From: Pelagibacteraceae bacterium AG-337-G04
Lineage (GTDB): Bacteria; Pseudomonadota; Alphaproteobacteria; Pelagibacterales; Pelagibacteraceae
Direction: 5' to 3'
DNA: 64,000 nt
NCBI GenBank assembly: GCA_003282205.1
Contig: QBZW01000001.1
Coordinates: 93,205 to 157,204, forward strand
In this document: positions 60,362 to 64,000 of the stretch, in pieces
Layout: every line of letters begins with the position of its first letter
How positions within the stretch are numbered: the stretch's first letter is position 1
Program-made: the position numbers and the translations under genes
Notes under the pieces: generated by a model
What the model was told of the DNA's origin: nothing
The model's database searches: none
The model's input: only the letters and a program-made list of their open reading frames with translations

Positions 60362-61143
60362 TATAAATTCGGTGGCAGAGATATTGGTCTTTTTTTATCA
60401 GAATTTATAAAATTTAATATTTTTTTAACAAATTTGTTATTTTTTAAATCTTGATTTAGATTTTCAATATTTTCCCTAAAACTAGTATTTTTAAATATAT
60501 TTTTATAAGCTAATTGTAATTTTTTAATATTTTCATTTGAAACTTTTGCCCTTCTCAATCCAATAAGATTTATACCTGTTAAGCTATTTCTGTTACCCAT
60601 TGATAATCCAAATGGAATCACATCACTTAAAACACCAGTCATTCCACCAATCATTGCAAACTCTCCAATTCTAGAAAATTGATGTATTGCGCAGCTTCCA
60701 CCAACAATTGCATTATTTTCTATATTAACATGTCCACCTACCTGAACATTATTTGCTAATACAATATTATTTGAGATTAAACAATCATGTGCAATATGAC
60801 AATAAACCATAAATAAATTATTATCACCTACTCTGGTTATCCCTCCACCTTGTTCTGTACCAGGATTTATATTTACATATTCTCTAATCTTGTTGTTATT
60901 ACCAATTACTAACGAATTTTTTTCTCCTTTATATTTTAGATCTTGAGGAGGAGTTCCTATTGAAGAAAATGGATAAATTTGATTATTATTTCCTATTTTT
61001 GTGTTACCAACTATATTTACATGTGAATGTAAAACTGAGCCAGTGCCTATTTCAACACCTGGACCTATAGAACAATAAGGTCCAATTTCAACATTATCTG
61101 AAATTTTTGCTTTTACATCAACTATTGCAGTATTATGGATCAC
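60361..61143 (-). CDS. lpxA: UDP-N-acetylglucosamine acyltransferase
   Basis: Hexapeptide repeats; PQDLKYKGE, IREYV, HIAHDC and HQFSRIG motifs; GTG start. Confidence 0.97.
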   Translation of the reverse strand: MIHNTAIVDVKAKISDNVEIGPYCSIGPGVEIGTGSVLHSHVNIVGNTKIGNNNQIYPFSSIGTPPQDLKYKGEKNSLVIGNNNKIREYVNINPGTEQGGGITRVGDNNLFMVYCHIAHDCLISNNIVLANNVQVGGHVNIENNAIVGGSCAIHQFSRIGEFAMIGGMTGVLSDVIPFGLSMGNRNSLTGINLIGLRRAKVSNENIKKLQLAYKNIFKNTSFRENIENLNQDLKNNKFVKKILNFINSDKKRPISLPPNL

Positions 61144-61198
61144 AAATAATAAATAACAAATTTAACATTTAATACTTATCAACTATTACTACTAATTA

Positions 61199-61645
61199 TT
61201 ACTTTCTATTTACGATCGTTGCAGACCACTGAGCATCTGCCATTTTTTTATCGTCTACAAATGCCGTGCCCTTATATTTCCAAACTCTACCATGCGATCT
61301 TATTGCTTCAATATTAAGTTCTAAAACACAATCAGGTATAACCGGGTTTCTAAATCTAGCTTTCTCAATTGTCATTAAAAATACTAACTTATTATCGTAA
61401 GTGTCTTTATTTAATCCGTTGGCCGTCAAAGCTGCTGCAGCCTGTCCAAATGCCTCTACAATCAAAACACCTGGCATTACTGGTTCTCCAGGGAAATGTC
61501 CATTAACAAAAAAACTATCTTTCTTAACGTTGACTATGGCAGTAGCTGATAATAGTTTTTTAATATTTCTCAATTCATCTATCAATAACATAGGTTCTCT
61601 ATGTGGAAGAAGATTTTTAATTTGTTCTTTATCAAGATTAGTCAT
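61199..61645 (-). CDS. fabZ: 3-hydroxyacyl-ACP dehydratase
   Basis: LPHREPMLLID, GHFPGEPVMPGVLIVEA and FRNPVIP motifs. Confidence 0.97.
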   Translation of the reverse strand: MTNLDKEQIKNLLPHREPMLLIDELRNIKKLLSATAIVNVKKDSFFVNGHFPGEPVMPGVLIVEAFGQAAAALTANGLNKDTYDNKLVFLMTIEKARFRNPVIPDCVLELNIEAIRSHGRVWKYKGTAFVDDKKMADAQWSATIVNRK

Positions 61646-62618
61646 TTAGTTTACTTTCTTTTAAAAATTTTCTAATATTTTTTGCAGGGTATCCCATTAC
61701 TTTTTTATTTGAAGGAATATTTTTAATGACACCACTGCCCCCTCCAATTTGTACATTATCTCCTATAGTTATATGGCCAGAAATTCCAGACTGACCTCCA
61801 ATCATAACTCTGTCACCTATTGTTGAACTACCTGCAAATCCAACTTGTCCAGTTATTATGCAATTTTTTCCAATTTTAACATTATGAGCTATATGAACTT
61901 GACTGTCTAAAAAAGTTCCATCACCAATAATAGTGTTTGTCAGTGAGCCTCTATCAATTGTATTATTGCATCCAATCTCAACATTGCTTCCAACAACAAC
62001 CATTCCTACATGTGGATATCTTATATTTTTTATTTTGTCAGGAAAAAAACCAAATCCCTTTTTTCCTAAAATCGCACCGTCAAGTATATTTGTCTTATTA
62101 CCAATTATAGAATTTTTGATAATTACATTGCTTCCAATATTGCAATTTTTCCCAATACTTACGTTACTTTCAATTATTGTATTATGACCTATAGAACAAT
62201 TTTTGCCAATACTAACATTTTTACCCAAAAGAATATTTTTACCAAATTTTATACCTGGATATTTTTTTTTATTTAGAATACTTAAATCTGGATCAAAATT
62301 GTCATTAAGAGCATTTGGATAAAATAAAGATGTAATCTTGGAAACTGAGAGCAATACATTTTGAACATATATGACATTAATCTTTTTTGAGATAAAAAGA
62401 CCAAATTTTTTATTTGTAATAATTGTTTTACATTTTGTTTTTTTTAGTGAGCCTAGATATTTATTGGAATGAAAAAAAGTAATATCATTTGTGCCGGCTG
62501 TAATTAAATCTTTTATATCTGTAACAAGATAATTTTTTTTTTGTTTTTTTAAATTTAATTTTAAAAGAATGTCATTAATCTGAATATTGTTTTTTTTATC
62601 AAAAAAAGGATTTATCAT
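61638..62618 (-). CDS. lpxD: UDP-3-O-acylglucosamine N-acyltransferase
   Basis: Hexapeptide repeats; GFGF, IDRGS, QVHIAHNV.IG, GQ.GI.GH and GYPA motifs. Confidence 0.96.
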   Translation of the reverse strand: MINPFFDKKNNIQINDILLKLNLKKQKKNYLVTDIKDLITAGTNDITFFHSNKYLGSLKKTKCKTIITNKKFGLFISKKINVIYVQNVLLSVSKITSLFYPNALNDNFDPDLSILNKKKYPGIKFGKNILLGKNVSIGKNCSIGHNTIIESNVSIGKNCNIGSNVIIKNSIIGNKTNILDGAILGKKGFGFFPDKIKNIRYPHVGMVVVGSNVEIGCNNTIDRGSLTNTIIGDGTFLDSQVHIAHNVKIGKNCIITGQVGFAGSSTIGDRVMIGGQSGISGHITIGDNVQIGGGSGVIKNIPSNKKVMGYPAKNIRKFLKESKLND

Positions 62619-62619
62619 T

Positions 62620-63129
62620 TTAGAATTCTAATTTAGTTATACTGTTATTAAGTAATTTAATTATTGGATTTGTTATATCTAGATTTTTTCTACCAACAAC
62701 TATGTTTTTTTTGGGTATTACTATGGAAATAGAATTTGTTTCTACATATTCTGTAATTATTGGATTTAAAGCTGATAATATTTCCTTAGTTTTATTTATT
62801 TTTATATTATTTAATTCATCTACAGAAGTTTTTCTGTCAGACCTATATTTTTGAACTTCACTAGTAAGTATCTTTAATTTATTTTCAAATTCGTTTTTAT
62901 CTAAAATATTTTGTTGTGATATTAATGTTTTTTCTTTTTGAATAAGTTCAGTTTCAATTTTTTTGTATTTTAATGAGTCTTCATTATTAATTTTTTCAAT
63001 ATAGTTATTAAGATATTTTCCCACTTCAGAAGAATTTAAAATAAAATTAATATCAATATATACAATTTCAGCTTTAGAATTAAATGAGATTAAATTTAAT
63101 AAAATAAATATTATAATTTTTTTTTTCAT
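62620..63129 (-). CDS. skp: Periplasmic chaperone Skp/OmpH
   Basis: Signal peptide, IVYIDINFILN, coiled coil, LDIT at the C-terminus; between bamA and lpxD. Confidence 0.88.
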   Translation of the reverse strand: MKKKIIIFILLNLISFNSKAEIVYIDINFILNSSEVGKYLNNYIEKINNEDSLKYKKIETELIQKEKTLISQQNILDKNEFENKLKILTSEVQKYRSDRKTSVDELNNIKINKTKEILSALNPIITEYVETNSISIVIPKKNIVVGRKNLDITNPIIKLLNNSITKLEF

Positions 63130-63131
63130 TT

Positions 63132-64000
63132 TTAAAATGAAGTTCCAATTCTAAATCTAAAAGACTCTTTATTATCGGAAGGTTCGCTAGAAAGAGGAAT
63201 AGCGTAAGAAAAAGATAAAGGACCAATAAGTGTAAACCAATTGACAGACACTCCCGTAGAAGAGCGAATTTTACTCGACTCTAAAGAACTATCATAATCA
63301 ACCTCTCTTAATGTAGCTGCATCAAAAAAAAGACTAACATCAATATTTTCATAACCACTAAAAGCATTTGGCAAAGTAGAATTTAAGTTGAGTGCAGATC
63401 CAAAATTTCCACCTACGTATTCTTCTCCATCTTTTGGTCCAAATTTTCCAGCTTCAAATCCTCTTAATTTGCTACTAGGTATATATACTCTTCTAGATAC
63501 TCTAACATCATCATCTATAGAATTTACTGATTTAAAAAACCACTTCCCTGATAATATTAAATTATCTGATACTGAATGATATTTTGAATAATTTATTGTA
63601 TTATCAATTGAAAGATCGTCTGAATAAATTGGCAGAACTTGTTTAAAATTAATATTATAGCCATCTGTAGGTTGAAAGTTTTGATCAAGTTTATTCAATG
63701 TTAAACCATAAGAAAATAAATTTTCTATATAATCACCTTCCTGCCTCCTTTTATACAAAGACGCTGCAGAGGAAGTTTCTAATTTTTCATAATAAGCAGA
63801 AATATCAAGATTTACAAACAAATCTGAGTATTGTTCAAAACCTGTTCCTATACCAAAACCTGTTCTAGAGGTTTTAAATCCTCCTGTAGAAAGAAAGTCA
63901 GAACTGGTGCTCTCGATAACAGTATTTAAGGATCTATCTGTATTTTTAAAGTTTGGATTTTCAACTTGAAATTTTCCTTTAATTTGATCTTCTGAAAAAA
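63132..64000 (-). CDS. bamA: Outer membrane protein assembly factor BamA, C-terminal beta-barrel (5' part outside the window)
   Basis: Frame stays open to the window edge (..FSEDQIKGKF..SDLFVNL..); SKLRGF (VRGF-like) motif, GPLSFSYA, C-terminal FRFRIGTSF. Confidence 0.95.
   Translation of the reverse strand, partial: FSEDQIKGKFQVENPNFKNTDRSLNTVIESTSSDFLSTGGFKTSRTGFGIGTGFEQYSDLFVNLDISAYYEKLETSSAASLYKRRQEGDYIENLFSYGLTLNKLDQNFQPTDGYNINFKQVLPIYSDDLSIDNTINYSKYHSVSDNLILSGKWFFKSVNSIDDDVRVSRRVYIPSSKLRGFEAGKFGPKDGEEYVGGNFGSALNLNSTLPNAFSGYENIDVSLFFDAATLREVDYDSSLESSKIRSSTGVSVNWFTLIGPLSFSYAIPLSSEPSDNKESFRFRIGTSF

Noticed and set aside
2790-63579. Many other 60-150-aa ORFs nested in or antisense to recognised genes (e.g. 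5331..5663, 28596..29012, 36513..36833, 42041..42436, 48527..48970)
   Set aside because: They overlap well-supported conserved genes almost entirely and show no motifs; treated as spurious.
63132-63821. 229-aa ORF could look like a truncated bamA pseudogene
   Set aside because: The frame is open to position 64000; the truncation is a window-edge artefact.
1-64000. CRISPR arrays, rRNA genes, IS elements and known riboswitches (glycine, SAM-V, TPP)
   Set aside because: No spaced direct-repeat array, rRNA-like stretch, transposase or recognisable aptamer consensus was seen; most intergenic gaps are too short. An Infernal/Rfam scan would be needed to exclude small ncRNAs.

Overview
Very AT-rich, gene-dense window with tiny or overlapping intergenic gaps. 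Gene content and style match a streamlined marine alphaproteobacterium, most likely Candidatus Pelagibacter (SAR11); this is inferred, not from a database search. Most of it is core genome: tatABC-scpAB-nagZ-argS-dgt, erpA-xth, valS-ilvD-manC, three tRNAs, the aap amino-acid ABC transporter, trkAH-ntrYX, ispDF, eno-kdsA-pyrG-secG-tpiA, trpEGDC, lexA-gltX, and the lpx/fabZ/skp/bamA cluster, which runs off the right edge. About 7.9-25.6 kb is a nutrient-stress block with three parts. (1) A five-gene divergon: Ldh_2 reductase and Anbu proteasome-like Ntn hydrolase on the minus strand; circularly permuted ATP-grasp ligase, HAD phosphatase and glycosyl-3-phosphoglycerate synthase on the plus strand. 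(2) znuA/znuCB-zur with tandem Zur boxes, followed by two thiol-fold genes. (3) phoR-pstSCAB-phoU-phoB with PHO boxes. The best candidate for an undescribed system is the stripped Anbu/ATP-grasp pair, which lacks its usual alpha-E and transglutaminase partners and is joined to glycosylglycerate synthesis genes. Other highlights are a possible SPOR-less mini-FtsN, a PAS-less NtrY, an internally shortened ManC and a structured aapJ leader. No CRISPR array, integrase or transposase was seen.
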